Source: Sumerlaeia bacterium | GTDB taxonomy: Bacteria; Sumerlaeota; Sumerlaeia; SLMS01; JAHLLQ01 | Length of the DNA: 19,022 nucleotides | Assembly: GCA_040219255.1 (NCBI GenBank) | Contig: JAVJSW010000010.1 | Coordinates: 1 to 19,022 of the forward strand | Reading direction: 5' to 3' | In this document: positions 1 through 9,373 of the stretch, piece after piece | How positions within the stretch are numbered: the first letter of the stretch is position 1 | Layout of the letters: every line of letters begins with the position of its first letter | Translations under genes and position numbers: made by a program | The notes under the pieces: model-generated | Databases searched by the model: none | What the model saw: only the letters and a program-made list of their open reading frames with translations | What the model was told of the DNA's origin: nothing

Positions 1-24
1 CGTTTGCGCGATGTCCACGCGCCG

Positions 25-854
25 GTTTCAATCCACGCCTCCGCGAGGGAGGCGACTTGAGGGCCGCCAGTTCTTCCTTCGTGGCCGGGCGTTTCAATCC
101 ACGCCTCCGCGAGGGAGGCGACCATCATCGCCGGTCAAGACAAGTTGCACCGCGCCGGTTTCAATCCACGCCTCCGCGAGGGAGGCGACCGCGCCGACAC
201 CATCGCGGTTGACGACCAGCTCGTGTTTCAATCCACGCCTCCGCGAGGGAGGCGACAAGAGACATTCAGAGGACGAGCCATGCCTGTAGAGTTTCAATCC
301 ACGCCTCCGCGAGGGAGGCGACTGGAGCAGGAGGTCGCTGCCCTCACCCGGTCCCTGTTTCAATCCACGCCTCCGCGAGGGAGGCGACCCGCTGGGTCCG
401 CGAGTGCGTCTCGTGGAGGTCGCGTTTCAATCCACGCCTCCGCGAGGGAGGCGACCTTGGCCATGATCCTTGGGCCCTTTCGATTGGGATGTTTCAATCC
501 ACGCCTCCGCGAGGGAGGCGACGACAAACACCTTGAGGAGTAGAGACACGCGGGGAGTCGTTTCAATCCACGCCTCCGCGAGGGAGGCGACGATGGTGCC
601 GTCCACTTCGACATCGTGTTCCTCGTTTCAATCCACGCCTCCGCGAGGGAGGCGACGCCCATCATCGGTAGCCGAGAGGAGGAAGTCGTTGTTTCAATCC
701 ACGCCTCCGCGAGGGAGGCGACTGGTGATCGTTCGCCGCTGCTTCGTGGTTCGCGGGTTTCAATCCACGCCTCCGCGAGGGAGGCGACTGGTTGCGCGGG
801 CCTGTTACGCGAGGACGTTGGTGTTTCAATCCACGCCTCCGCGAGGGAGGCGAC
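25..854 (-). CRISPR. Type I-C CRISPR array: 13 identical 32-bp repeats (crRNA sense GTCGCCTCCCTCGCGGAGGCGTGGATTGAAAC) and 12 complete spacers of 33-37 bp; continues past the left edge (partial spacer 1-24)
   Basis: GTTTCAATCCACGCCTCCGCGAGGGAGGCGAC starts at 25, 91, 158, 225, 291, 357, 424, 491, 560, 625, 691, 757 and 823. Stem CGCCTCC/GGAGGCG and 3' ATTGAAAC are typical of I-C repeats. The leader and cas2 lie to the right, so transcription is on the minus strand. Confidence 0.99.
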
Positions 855-1024
855 TCCTTGAGGGCGAACCCTCGTATTATCAATCAGGTACGCACGGGAA
901 ATCGCCGACCGTTGTGAGGGTGGGTCGAACGCTTTGTGCCCCTGATCGATTTTCATCGACAACTCCTTTCTTTTCAGTGGTCGCCAACCTCCCGGGTTTG
1001 GGGTGGGAGCTTGGGGTTGGCGCT
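855..1024 (-). promoter_or_regulatory. CRISPR leader
   Basis: Non-coding and more AT-rich, adjacent to the repeat at 823-854. Contains inverted repeat CGCCAACC (982-989)/GGTTGGCG (1015-1022) in the GCG(C/A)AACCCC..GGGAGGTT(G/C)GC layout I recognise from I-C leaders. AT-rich tracts at about 885-895 and 961-976. Confidence 0.8.
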
Positions 1025-1176
1025 GGCGCCCGATGACCGATCAGGGTTTTGCGTCCGCGCCGCGTCCAGACAAGTTTGGCTGGGAATAGGGTAGGAGCTT
1101 TGGGTTCCGATGTCGAGCCTTCTGGTTGGATGCGGAGGTAAAGCACAGGTACATGGTGCCGCGCGGCATGGCGGTC

Positions 1177-1467
1177 TCAGAGGATAAGCGGCCCCTCGGG
1201 GTCCAAGGCGGTCTGGTGGCCGAGATGTTCGACGCGGCCTTGCCATTTGGCGCCCAGGTAGTAGAAGCGCAGGGAGTCGCGTTCGGGGTCGATGGCGTCG
1301 GCGAGTTTGGCGCGCAGGGCGACCCACTGGGCGGGGTCGAGGAGGCATTCGAAGACGCTTTTCTGCACGCGCTGGCCCCGGTTCTGGCACAGCCGGGCGA
1401 CGCGGCGCAGGCGCTTGGCGCCACCGGGGTCGGCGGTCGAGACGTCGTAGGTAATAAGGATCATCAT
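1177..1467 (-). CDS. cas2: CRISPR-associated endonuclease Cas2 (96 aa)
   Basis: MMILITYDVST..GAKRLRRVARLC..RGQRVQKSVFEC..DSLRFYYLG; directly downstream of cas1. Confidence 0.98.
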   Translation of the reverse strand: MMILITYDVSTADPGGAKRLRRVARLCQNRGQRVQKSVFECLLDPAQWVALRAKLADAIDPERDSLRFYYLGAKWQGRVEHLGHQTALDPEGPLIL

Positions 1468-1485
1468 GGGGCCTCGGGATCCTTC

Positions 1486-2526
1486 CTATTTCCAGACAAA
1501 CGGCGGGTAGCCGTCGAGGTCGCCGCGCAGGTGGCGGGCGAGGAGCATGGCTTGCAAGTGCGGCAGGAGACCCAGCGGGCATTTCTCGCTTAGGAACGGA
1601 TGGGTCAGCTCCTCGCGCTTGCGTTCCTGCCAGGCGGTCAGCACGGTCTTGCGGGTTTTGTCGTCCATGGTGACGCCTCCCCCGTCCTCGGTGGTAAAAC
1701 CGCGCGCCTTGACCTGGCCGCGGTTGATGAGGGTGGCGGCCAGGCGGTCGGCGAGGACCGGCCGCAGCTCTTCCATCAGGTCGAGGGCCAGGCTCTCGCG
1801 GCCCGGGCGGTCGCGGTGCAGGAAACCGACGCAGGGATCGAGTCCGACGGCCTCGCAGGCCGCCGCGCATTCGGTCCGCAGCAGCGTGTAGAGGAACGAC
1901 AGCAGGGCGTTGGCCGCGTCGCGCGGGGGGCGCCGGTTGCGGGTGGTGAAACGCAGGGCGTCGTCGGCGGGGCAGAGCAGCGCGCCGTACACGCCGAAGT
2001 AGACGGCGGCGGCCTCGCCCTCGCGTCCGCGCAACGTGTCCACGTCGGGCGCTGCGGGCAGAGCGCGCAGGATATAGGCGAGACGCAGAGCGGCGCCCGA
2101 AAGCGCGTCCCCGATTCCGCTTTCCGCTCCGGAGCCGTCGCGCCGCGCGCCGCGCAGCAGCACCGTGCGGGCGTTGGCAATCTTGGCGGAGACGAAGGCG
2201 CGGGTGAGATCGGCGCTGGCGCGGGGACAGTCGGCGCGGCGGTATTGCTCGCGGCGCAGCAGGACGTTGCCCTGGGTTCGGCCCACCACGCGGGCGCGGA
2301 ATCGGCCATGCTCGCTCAGGAAGGTGAGGCCGACGCCGGCTTCGCCGCACAGGCCCATGAGGGCGGGGCTGGCTCCGACGCGGCCAAAGCAGACGACGGC
2401 GTCGAGAGTGTGGATGGGGAAGCGGCGCAAAGTCTTCCCGTCCTGGCGCACGTCCACGGTGTCGCCGTCGCGGCCAAGATAGAGGCCTTCGGTCTGGAGG
2501 TAGAGGGTGTTGAGCAGCTTTCTCAC
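1486..2526 (-). CDS. cas1: Type I-C Cas1 integrase (346 aa)
   Basis: MRKLLNTLYL, GNVLLRREQYR, LRGREGEAAAVYF, RRPPRDAANALLSFLY, LALDLMEELR, YPPFVWK; ATGA overlap with cas4. Confidence 0.98.
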   Translation of the reverse strand: MRKLLNTLYLQTEGLYLGRDGDTVDVRQDGKTLRRFPIHTLDAVVCFGRVGASPALMGLCGEAGVGLTFLSEHGRFRARVVGRTQGNVLLRREQYRRADCPRASADLTRAFVSAKIANARTVLLRGARRDGSGAESGIGDALSGAALRLAYILRALPAAPDVDTLRGREGEAAAVYFGVYGALLCPADDALRFTTRNRRPPRDAANALLSFLYTLLRTECAAACEAVGLDPCVGFLHRDRPGRESLALDLMEELRPVLADRLAATLINRGQVKARGFTTEDGGGVTMDDKTRKTVLTAWQERKREELTHPFLSEKCPLGLLPHLQAMLLARHLRGDLDGYPPFVWK

Positions 2527-3221
2527 GGGGCGGGCTCCTCGCCGTTGGCTCCGGCGTCTTCAAGGTGCGGGGCGAGGGCGCGGGCCAGATAGGCTTGCGC
2601 GGAGGGGCCACCGGCGCGTTTGCGGCCCGCATGATCGAGCGCTTTGGGCTGGCACAGCTCGATCAGCGAGCAGGCGCCGCACTTGGCCTTTTCGTATTCT
2701 GGAGGCGGAGTGCGGCCGGCACGGTGGAGCGCGTGCATCCGGGCGGCGCTTTGCTCGGTAAGGGCGCGCAGCGGCTCATCGAAGGCGACCTCGGTGCGTC
2801 GCCGGGGCTCGCCGTAGAACAGGAAGCCGAGCGGCACACAGGCGCCGAGCATTTCTTCCAGGCAAAGAGCCTGCGCGCAGAGCTGCACTTCGTCGGCGCG
2901 GTGGGCCTTGGGACGGCCGCGTTTGTATTCCACCGGCACGGGGACCGGGGCGCCGCCGCCTTCGCCCGGATGGAACTCGACCACGTCGGCTTTGCCCGAG
3001 AGGCCCAGGCGCAGGCTTTGCAGGGCGATGGCGCGGGCGACGCGTACGCCGTGGCGGGTTTCCCTCTCGCCGCTGTCGGCGCGCTCGTGCAGAAGGCGGC
3101 CCTCGGCGGTCAGGCGGTTCTCGGCCCACGCCTGCTCGACATGGATCAGCGCCCATTGGCGCGGGCAGTAGAGCAGATGCTGGAGCCCGGAAAGGGGCAG
3201 CAGATCGTCCTCGGCATACAT
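2523..3221 (-). CDS. cas4: Cas4 exonuclease (232 aa)
   Basis: Fe-S cysteines YCPRQW and KCGACSLIELC; RecB-like motifs GKADVVEF, PVEYKRG, QLCAQALCLEEM. Confidence 0.97.
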   Translation of the reverse strand: MYAEDDLLPLSGLQHLLYCPRQWALIHVEQAWAENRLTAEGRLLHERADSGERETRHGVRVARAIALQSLRLGLSGKADVVEFHPGEGGGAPVPVPVEYKRGRPKAHRADEVQLCAQALCLEEMLGACVPLGFLFYGEPRRRTEVAFDEPLRALTEQSAARMHALHRAGRTPPPEYEKAKCGACSLIELCQPKALDHAGRKRAGGPSAQAYLARALAPHLEDAGANGEEPAP

Positions 3222-3242
3222 AGCGGCGGCGCCCCCGGCGGA

Positions 3243-4259
3243 CTAGAGATCGGCCACGCCCATGCCGAAGTCCCACTCGATCAGGCGCACGCCCTTGGGC
3301 ACGTCGCCGAACCGCACGCTGACCTCGTAGTCGGAAAAGGAGCGCGGGGCGTCCACGGTTTCGAGCTTCTTGACCGTCACGAGATCAAAGAGCCGGTGCG
3401 CCGGCGCGCAGCCGAGCATCGCTTGCCGGGCGCGCTGGACGGGGTCGGTGTCCGTGCCCTCGTGCTTGAAGAGGTAGAGCGGGGTCTGGACCGTCATAAG
3501 GCCCTTGGAGGCGCTGCGGTCGTGCTCGTACATGTTGAGGATGGCTTCCAGGAGCAGGGTGAAGTCTTCCTTGCCGAAGCCGGTCTGCTGCGCAAGGTGG
3601 GCGCTGATGAAGACGCGGCCGACAAAGAGGCCGTAGGGGATGAGGGATTTTCGGCCGAAGGTGCGGAGTTTGAGTTCGGGGTGGGCAGCCTCCCAGTTCG
3701 CGTAGGTTTGGGACGATTCCGCTTTGTTGATCTTATCGTCGGTCGTCGCCATGCGCGTCACGGCGAGATCGAGCGGCAGGATCGGGTCCACGCTGCGGCT
3801 GAAGGAAACCTGCACCGGGCCGCGCACCTGGCCGGCGTTGGGGCCGGTGCTCATCACGGCGCCAAAGGCGCGCACGTCGTAGAAGTTTTCGCACATCCAA
3901 TTGCGCGCGGCGTAGGCCTGGCTCTTGGTCGCTTTCCCCTTTTCGGGCAGGGTCTCGGCCCCGGTTGCCTCGTGGGCGCGGGCGATCTTGGTGTTCAGGT
4001 TCGTGGCGTGCTCGACGAAGATGGCGTTGGGCATGGTGTTGTTGTGGGCCATCTGGACATAGTTGCGGATGCGGCGTTTGACGGCGACGTCGCTGACGAG
4101 CCCGCGCATGTCCTGCGGGTCCATCCGCGGGGCGTTGCCAGCGTCGGGGTCGCCGTTGGGGTTGCCGTTCTCGCAATCGAAGAGGAAGAGCAGTTCATAG
4201 CGGTTCTCGAGCGGAGTGCCGTTCGGTTTGGCGTGGTTTTCGGGGGTGGGGGTAGACAT
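3243..4259 (-). CDS. cas7: Type I-C Cas7/Csd2 backbone subunit (338 aa)
   Basis: [69 protein letters not shown]. Confidence 0.97.
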   Translation of the reverse strand: MSTPTPENHAKPNGTPLENRYELLFLFDCENGNPNGDPDAGNAPRMDPQDMRGLVSDVAVKRRIRNYVQMAHNNTMPNAIFVEHATNLNTKIARAHEATGAETLPEKGKATKSQAYAARNWMCENFYDVRAFGAVMSTGPNAGQVRGPVQVSFSRSVDPILPLDLAVTRMATTDDKINKAESSQTYANWEAAHPELKLRTFGRKSLIPYGLFVGRVFISAHLAQQTGFGKEDFTLLLEAILNMYEHDRSASKGLMTVQTPLYLFKHEGTDTDPVQRARQAMLGCAPAHRLFDLVTVKKLETVDAPRSFSDYEVSVRFGDVPKGVRLIEWDFGMGVADL

Positions 4260-4265
4260 GGCGGA

Positions 4266-4697
4266 TCAGTCCTCGGTGGTTTCGGAGTGGTCGGGGGTGG
4301 AGGAGGCTTTGCGGTCTTTGGCGCGGGCGCTGGCTTCGGCGCGGGCGGCGCGGTCGTGGGCGCTCTGCTGGTAGTAGCCCAAGGCGAAGAGGGCTTGCTC
4401 CGGCAGAGAGAGCGAGGTGGGGAACTGCTGGCCCGGGAAATAGGCCAGGATGCACTCGATGGCTTGCTTGTATCCATCGCGGGCGTTACCGGAGATCTTG
4501 TTGAGGTGGTGGTGGTGCAGGGCGAACAGGCGTCCGAGGACGAGGTGGGGCGTCGTGCTGGCGGCTCCATAGAAGCGCTGCACGACGCCCGCCTCGACTT
4601 TGCCCAAGGCGCAGTACTGGAGGTCGGCAAGGACGGAAAGCAGCCGGCCGCAATGATAGGCGGGAGCGGGATGGTTTTTGTGGAGGTGGGTCTGCAT
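4266..4697 (-). CDS. cas11: Probable internally translated small subunit Cas11c (143 aa), in frame within cas8c
   Basis: In-frame ATG at 4697 (MQTHLHKNHPAPAYHCGRL). A Shine-Dalgarno TAAGGAG (minus strand, 4713-4707) lies 9 nt upstream, just ahead of the C-terminal helical domain. Confidence 0.75.
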   Translation of the reverse strand: MQTHLHKNHPAPAYHCGRLLSVLADLQYCALGKVEAGVVQRFYGAASTTPHLVLGRLFALHHHHLNKISGNARDGYKQAIECILAYFPGQQFPTSLSLPEQALFALGYYQQSAHDRAARAEASARAKDRKASSTPDHSETTED

Positions 4698-6218
4698 ACG
4701 GTTGGTCTCCTTAGGTGTCGTCAGGCGGTGTTCTGGCAGGCGGTTGAGGTAGGCTTTGAGAAGGCCCATGCGGGCTTGGTTGGGGGGCGGGGGCTCTGCG
4801 CTGGCCATCTCGGCACGCAGGCGGGCGAGAGCTTTGATGAAGAGCGAGTCCGAGATGGGGCGGCGGCAAATGGCGGCGTTCCACAGTGCGGCTTGATCGG
4901 GGCTTGCGAGTTCCTTTAGCTCGCGCACCGTCGCGCCGAGCACCGCGTAGAACTTCGGTGGCGAGGCCAGACGGTCGCCCTCGCGGTGGACGATGGCGAG
5001 GTCCTCGAACCAAGCGAGGATGGCTTCGCGCAGCTCGCCGAACTGCCCGCTGGTGAAATCGCGCACCATGACGCGCCCGCTCTGGCCGGAGATGGTGAGG
5101 GAATGATAGCGGGTCTGGCGCAGGTCCGTGCGGGCTTTTTCCCCGCCGTGGCGCAGGGCGCCGAGCAGAGCGATGGCGCGGCTTTCGGCGCGCAGCTTCT
5201 CGCGCTTGGCGGCTTCCGCGTCTTTCTTCGGATCGGGCGGTGGCGGCGCGGGGACTTCGGGCTTCCCCCCGCAGAGATCCCAGAAACCATCGTCCTCCGT
5301 CTCGGGATTCTCGATCAGCTCGGAGAGGTCGGCGGGCACTTCGCCGTCGTACCAGAACAGCACCTTGATGCCCTGGAACCGGCGCGCGCGGTGAGCGATG
5401 AGGTGGTTGAGGGCGCTGGAATAGACCTTGGCGGAATCCGCGCTCATGGCCGCGTTGGCACTCTGTTCGAGACCGTAGGAGCGGAAGGCGCCCTGCTTGA
5501 AGCTGACAAGGTTGTCGCCCATGGCGAGCCCGCCCACGTCGGAGAGACCGGTGATTTTGTCGTGGGTGGCGGTGGGCGGAGCGAGTTCGCCGGTCAGCAG
5601 ATCGCGCATGGCGGACGGTGCGGCGGGGGCGGCTTTGGCTTTGGCGCTCTTCTTCGCCGGGGCCTTCTTCTTGGCCTTCGCCTGAGCGAGGCCGGCGCGC
5701 CACTCCTGCCACCAAGGGTGCCAGCGGCGGTCCTCCACCAGCCGCGCCGGAGTACGGTTCGGTATGGCGAAGGTGACGTTGTCGCTGGTCTTCACGCGCT
5801 TTTCGGCCAGCTCGGCGGCGATGCGCTCGCGGGTGGAGGGATCGGAAAGGGCTTCGACGATGGGCGCCAATTCGGACAGGGCGCCGGCCTCGGCGGCTTG
5901 GCGTAGGAGCCCGGTGAAGAAGGCGTGCTTGGCCTCCAGTTTGCCCCGCGCCTTGTCGTCGAGCGCCTCGGCGCCGAGCAGGGTCACGACCTCGGCCACG
6001 TCGGCGAGAAAGTGGCGGCACCCGGCGCCCCCGCCCTTGATTTCGGGCTGGGAGAGGTTCGGGCAACCGGGCGTGGCCTTCGGTTTATCGAAGACCAAGA
6101 CGCCGAGGTAAGCGCCGTCGGGGGTGAACTGAAGCAGGGCGGCGATACGCTTGGTGGCCAAGCCCGGGGTGGTGTCGAGCCCTTCGCGTTCGGCGTAATC
6201 TTGAAGCAGGTGGAGCAT
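4266..6218 (-). CDS. cas8c: Type I-C Cas8c/Csd1 large subunit (650 aa)
   Basis: Lies between cas5 and cas7; LVSFKQGAFRSYGLEQSANA, ISGQSGRVMVR, AYHCGRLLSVL, EQALFALGYYQQ. Confidence 0.93.
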   Translation of the reverse strand: MLHLLQDYAEREGLDTTPGLATKRIAALLQFTPDGAYLGVLVFDKPKATPGCPNLSQPEIKGGGAGCRHFLADVAEVVTLLGAEALDDKARGKLEAKHAFFTGLLRQAAEAGALSELAPIVEALSDPSTRERIAAELAEKRVKTSDNVTFAIPNRTPARLVEDRRWHPWWQEWRAGLAQAKAKKKAPAKKSAKAKAAPAAPSAMRDLLTGELAPPTATHDKITGLSDVGGLAMGDNLVSFKQGAFRSYGLEQSANAAMSADSAKVYSSALNHLIAHRARRFQGIKVLFWYDGEVPADLSELIENPETEDDGFWDLCGGKPEVPAPPPPDPKKDAEAAKREKLRAESRAIALLGALRHGGEKARTDLRQTRYHSLTISGQSGRVMVRDFTSGQFGELREAILAWFEDLAIVHREGDRLASPPKFYAVLGATVRELKELASPDQAALWNAAICRRPISDSLFIKALARLRAEMASAEPPPPNQARMGLLKAYLNRLPEHRLTTPKETNRMQTHLHKNHPAPAYHCGRLLSVLADLQYCALGKVEAGVVQRFYGAASTTPHLVLGRLFALHHHHLNKISGNARDGYKQAIECILAYFPGQQFPTSLSLPEQALFALGYYQQSAHDRAARAEASARAKDRKASSTPDHSETTED

Positions 6219-6221
6219 GGC

Positions 6222-6953
6222 TCAAACTCCCCCCGGGGCTTTGCGCACCGCGTCGCTGTCCCAGGGCGGAACTTCCAGGCGCCCGTTCTCGATGCGGGCG
6301 CGGAAGACGCTCACCGAAGGTGCGCTGTCTGGCGAGCCCGGACGGCCCAGAGCGAAAGTGTCGTAGATCATCCAGCCTAAATCCTCGCTCACCGGCGCCG
6401 GGGGCGATGAGGAGGCGGCGTCTTCCTCCAACTCGAAGAAGGCGGGAAACTCACGGCACCCGAAGTAGGGTTGCTGGAAGCACTTGCCGGCGCGGGCGCG
6501 GCGGGCGAACTGGTCGTCGAAGGCGCGCTGCTTGGATTCGTGGCCGGGGTGGGGGACGATGCGGGCATGGAAGCGGTAGGCGACATCGCGCAGGGCCATT
6601 GTCTGGCGCTGGGTGCGGCCACGCTCGTCGCTGCCGGTGAAGTCCTTGTCGGCGTCCGCCCAGATCGGTTCGGGCTCCGCCGAGCCGGCCATCCATTTGG
6701 CGACGGCGGCCGCGTTGGCGACGTCCTTGACCTCGTTGCGGCGCAGAGCGATGAAGGCCGGGGGCCGCAGCAGCTCGATGGCCTCGATTTGCCATCGGAA
6801 CTCCGGCGGCTTGAGATAGATGGCGTCGAATACCCCGCGGGCGGCGCTCGGCGTCGGGCAGGGGTAGGAGAACCGTTCGACTTTGAGTTCTGGCCTGGAA
6901 AAGCAGGCCAAGTCCCCCCACACGCGCAGGATGTGGGTTTGATGGTGAGGCAT
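6222..6953 (-). CDS. cas5: Type I-C Cas5c (Cas5d) pre-crRNA processing endoribonuclease
   Basis: LRVWGDLACFSRPELKVERFSYPCPTPSAARG, ALRRNEVK, QPYFGCREFPA, DLGWMIYD. Start 6953 chosen for its AAGGAGG SD; an alternative start at 6986 overlaps the cas3 stop. No cas6 is present, as expected for I-C. Confidence 0.95.
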   Translation of the reverse strand: MPHHQTHILRVWGDLACFSRPELKVERFSYPCPTPSAARGVFDAIYLKPPEFRWQIEAIELLRPPAFIALRRNEVKDVANAAAVAKWMAGSAEPEPIWADADKDFTGSDERGRTQRQTMALRDVAYRFHARIVPHPGHESKQRAFDDQFARRARAGKCFQQPYFGCREFPAFFELEEDAASSSPPAPVSEDLGWMIYDTFALGRPGSPDSAPSVSVFRARIENGRLEVPPWDSDAVRKAPGGV

Positions 6954-6982
6954 GGGGCGCCTCCTTTCGGGGTCGGTTTCGG

Positions 6983-9373
6983 TCATAATATCATCTCCAT
7001 CACCTTCGGCGGAACGAACCCCACCAGCGGGTCGTACTCCGCGCTGTCACAGGCTACGAACCAGTCCTCGGAAACCACGCGCTGCTTGCCGCGAAAGCCC
7101 AGCGGCACGGGTTCCAGAACATGGTGCAAGACATCCGCCCGCGCGCCGCGGGGGCGGTATTCGGTGACGGTGAGGGGCCGGGCGCGGGCGATCCACTTTC
7201 GGGTGAGAACGCCGCCGCTGGCCAACTCGTCGCGCAATCTTCCGAAAAGCGCCGCGTGCTCGGGATCGGGGACGACCAGGGAAATGGTGTCGGCCTCGAT
7301 GAGGCGGTAGGCGCGGGCGACTTCGCCGCAGTGGCGCTGTTCCAGAGCGAGGCGCATGGACTCCTCCAACTCCGCTGCTTTCGCCAGGTCGTAGAGGCGG
7401 CGGTAGGCTTCGGTGAAGAGCGCGGGGTCGGCCAGGTCGAGGTCTCCGTGCTGCGCCAGCAGGCCTTCGGTGACGCCGACCGCTTCACCATAGCCCGGCG
7501 GATAGACCGAGCGCGCCCCATCAAGCGGCGCGGCCTTGAAGATGACGACCTCGCCGCGCTCCAGCCGACCGCCCCGGTTGCAGCGGCCTGCCGCCTGGGC
7601 GATGGAGTCGAGCGGCGCCAAGGCGCGGTACACGCGAGGAAAATCGAGATCGACGCCCGCCTCGACGCATTGGGTGGCGACGAGGCGGCAGGGCTCGCCC
7701 GCCTCCAGCCGCGCGCGCACGGCCCGCAGGGTGCGCTCGCGGTGAGCCGGGGCCATGGCGGTCGAGAGGTGGAACACCTCTCCGCCCTCGTGGCCCTTGC
7801 CGAGGCTTTGAGCCAACTCGCGGGCGACGTGGCGGGCGTGGGCTTTGAGGTTGAGCACGGCGAGGACTTGGCGGTTGGGCTCGGTCGCAAGCTCCGCGAC
7901 CATCTCCTCCCAAGGAACATCCTGCCGGGCACGCGTCCAATCGACGGTCACGCGGCGCGAGCGCTCGAACAGACCGAGCTGCGGGGCGACGATCTCGGGC
8001 GGCCGCCAGCCAGAATTGGCGTGGGTGCGCACCTCGGGGTCGAGGTGCGCGAAGGCCGGCTGGGTCGCCGTGAAGAAAACGACGGTGGACCCGTAGCGAG
8101 CGGCCAAGTGCGAGAGGGCGGCCAGAGTCGGCACGGCGAGGTGGGAGGGCAGGGTTTGGACCTCGTCGAAGAGGATCACGCTTTGGGCGAGCTGGTGCAG
8201 CTTACGGCAGCGCGAGGGCCGATCGGCGAAGAGGCTTTCGAGCGCCTGGACGCTGGTGGTGACGATGACCGGGGCGTCCCAGTTTTCCGCCAGCAGCCCG
8301 GTCCGGCGCCGGGGCTCGTCCGCGTTGTCGAGGTCCACGTCGTCATCGGAATCCGAGTCGCGCGCGAAGGCTTGGCTATGGTGTTCGAGGACGTAATCGG
8401 GGGGAAAGCCGTGGGCTTCGCTGAAAATCTCGCGGTAGATCCCTGCCGTCTGCTCGATGATCGTCAAATACGGAATCACCATCACCACACGGCGCAGGCC
8501 GTGGGCGGCGGCGTGGGAGAGGGCGAAGCGCAGCATCGCCAGCGTCTTGCCCGTGCCGGTGGGGGCGGACAGCGTGTAGGTGGCGCCCGGGGAATGGGGG
8601 GCGCCGTCGCAGGCCTCCCACAGGTCCTCGCGCAAGGCCATGACTTTGGGGGCCGTGCCCCGCCGGCGGGCCGCCTCCCGCACCCCGGCCATGTGGTCTT
8701 CGAGCCTGGCGAGCGCTTTGGCCGGTTCCAGCGGCGGACCGGCGTCGCGCCAGACTTTGCGGTTGTCGGGGCCGCTGGCGAAATGGGCTTCCGTGGCGAG
8801 AAAATCGGCGTCCACGAGGCACGAGAACAGCAGGCGCGTATCGAGAAGGTGGGCGAGGGCGGGGGGCGTTTCGTAGGGGGGCAGCCCGGCAAGCGGCTTC
8901 AGGGCGCCGCCGAAATCGAAGCCCGCCGCCTTGAGGAGTCCAAGGAGATCTTGGTCGCTTTCCGGCGGCCAGCGCGGGACCGAGCCGTCACGCTGGCTCT
9001 GGCGGCGCAGCTCGCCGTACTCCTCAGCCAGTTCCCGATCCCCAAAAAAGACCTCTTCGAGCCCCACATGATGCCCGCGAATCGCGGCGGCGACGCGGCC
9101 ATCGGCCAAAGCTGGGTACTGGGCGGCGAGCCGGCCCACGATGGCCGCGCCGCAGGTCCAATGATCCACGCCGCGCGCCTTGCCCTCGAGCCGCAGTTGA
9201 AAGAGTTCGGTCAGCTTGCCGAGATCGTGGAGCAAAGCGGCGACGGTGGCATGCTGCTCGAGACCCAGAGGGCGGGCGAATTGCACAGCGCGTTCCCGCA
9301 CCGCTTCCACATGATCGGCGAAGAGTTCCCAGGAGCTCCCTTCATCCGAAGGGGTGTGGGCGTAGAAAGCCAT
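6983..9373 (-). CDS. cas3: Cas3 HD nuclease-SF2 helicase
   Basis: N-terminal FYAHT..HVEAV..LLHDLGK..GHHVGL and LVDADFL; helicase motifs APTGTGKT, DEVQ, TATQP, TQCVEAGVDLDF, QAAGRCNR. Start at 9373 (MAFYAH) follows AAAGGGGG. Confidence 0.97.
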   Translation of the reverse strand: MAFYAHTPSDEGSSWELFADHVEAVRERAVQFARPLGLEQHATVAALLHDLGKLTELFQLRLEGKARGVDHWTCGAAIVGRLAAQYPALADGRVAAAIRGHHVGLEEVFFGDRELAEEYGELRRQSQRDGSVPRWPPESDQDLLGLLKAAGFDFGGALKPLAGLPPYETPPALAHLLDTRLLFSCLVDADFLATEAHFASGPDNRKVWRDAGPPLEPAKALARLEDHMAGVREAARRRGTAPKVMALREDLWEACDGAPHSPGATYTLSAPTGTGKTLAMLRFALSHAAAHGLRRVVMVIPYLTIIEQTAGIYREIFSEAHGFPPDYVLEHHSQAFARDSDSDDDVDLDNADEPRRRTGLLAENWDAPVIVTTSVQALESLFADRPSRCRKLHQLAQSVILFDEVQTLPSHLAVPTLAALSHLAARYGSTVVFFTATQPAFAHLDPEVRTHANSGWRPPEIVAPQLGLFERSRRVTVDWTRARQDVPWEEMVAELATEPNRQVLAVLNLKAHARHVARELAQSLGKGHEGGEVFHLSTAMAPAHRERTLRAVRARLEAGEPCRLVATQCVEAGVDLDFPRVYRALAPLDSIAQAAGRCNRGGRLERGEVVIFKAAPLDGARSVYPPGYGEAVGVTEGLLAQHGDLDLADPALFTEAYRRLYDLAKAAELEESMRLALEQRHCGEVARAYRLIEADTISLVVPDPEHAALFGRLRDELASGGVLTRKWIARARPLTVTEYRPRGARADVLHHVLEPVPLGFRGKQRVVSEDWFVACDSAEYDPLVGFVPPKVMEMIL

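Noticed and set aside
57-822. Self-targeting spacers within the window
   Set aside because: No match noticed by eye; an alignment is needed to exclude it properly.
11-1036. Multiple ORFs over the CRISPR array (FQSTPPRGRR / VSIHASAREAT / VASLAEAWIET repeats)
   Set aside because: These are translations of the CRISPR repeats, not genes.
974-2632. 552-aa Arg/Pro-rich minus-strand ORF
   Set aside because: Alternative frame of cas1/cas2 with composition typical of GC-rich off-frame translation.
2565-4919. 784-aa plus-strand ORF
   Set aside because: Antisense shadow of cas4/cas7/cas8c in high-GC DNA, with no recognisable motifs.
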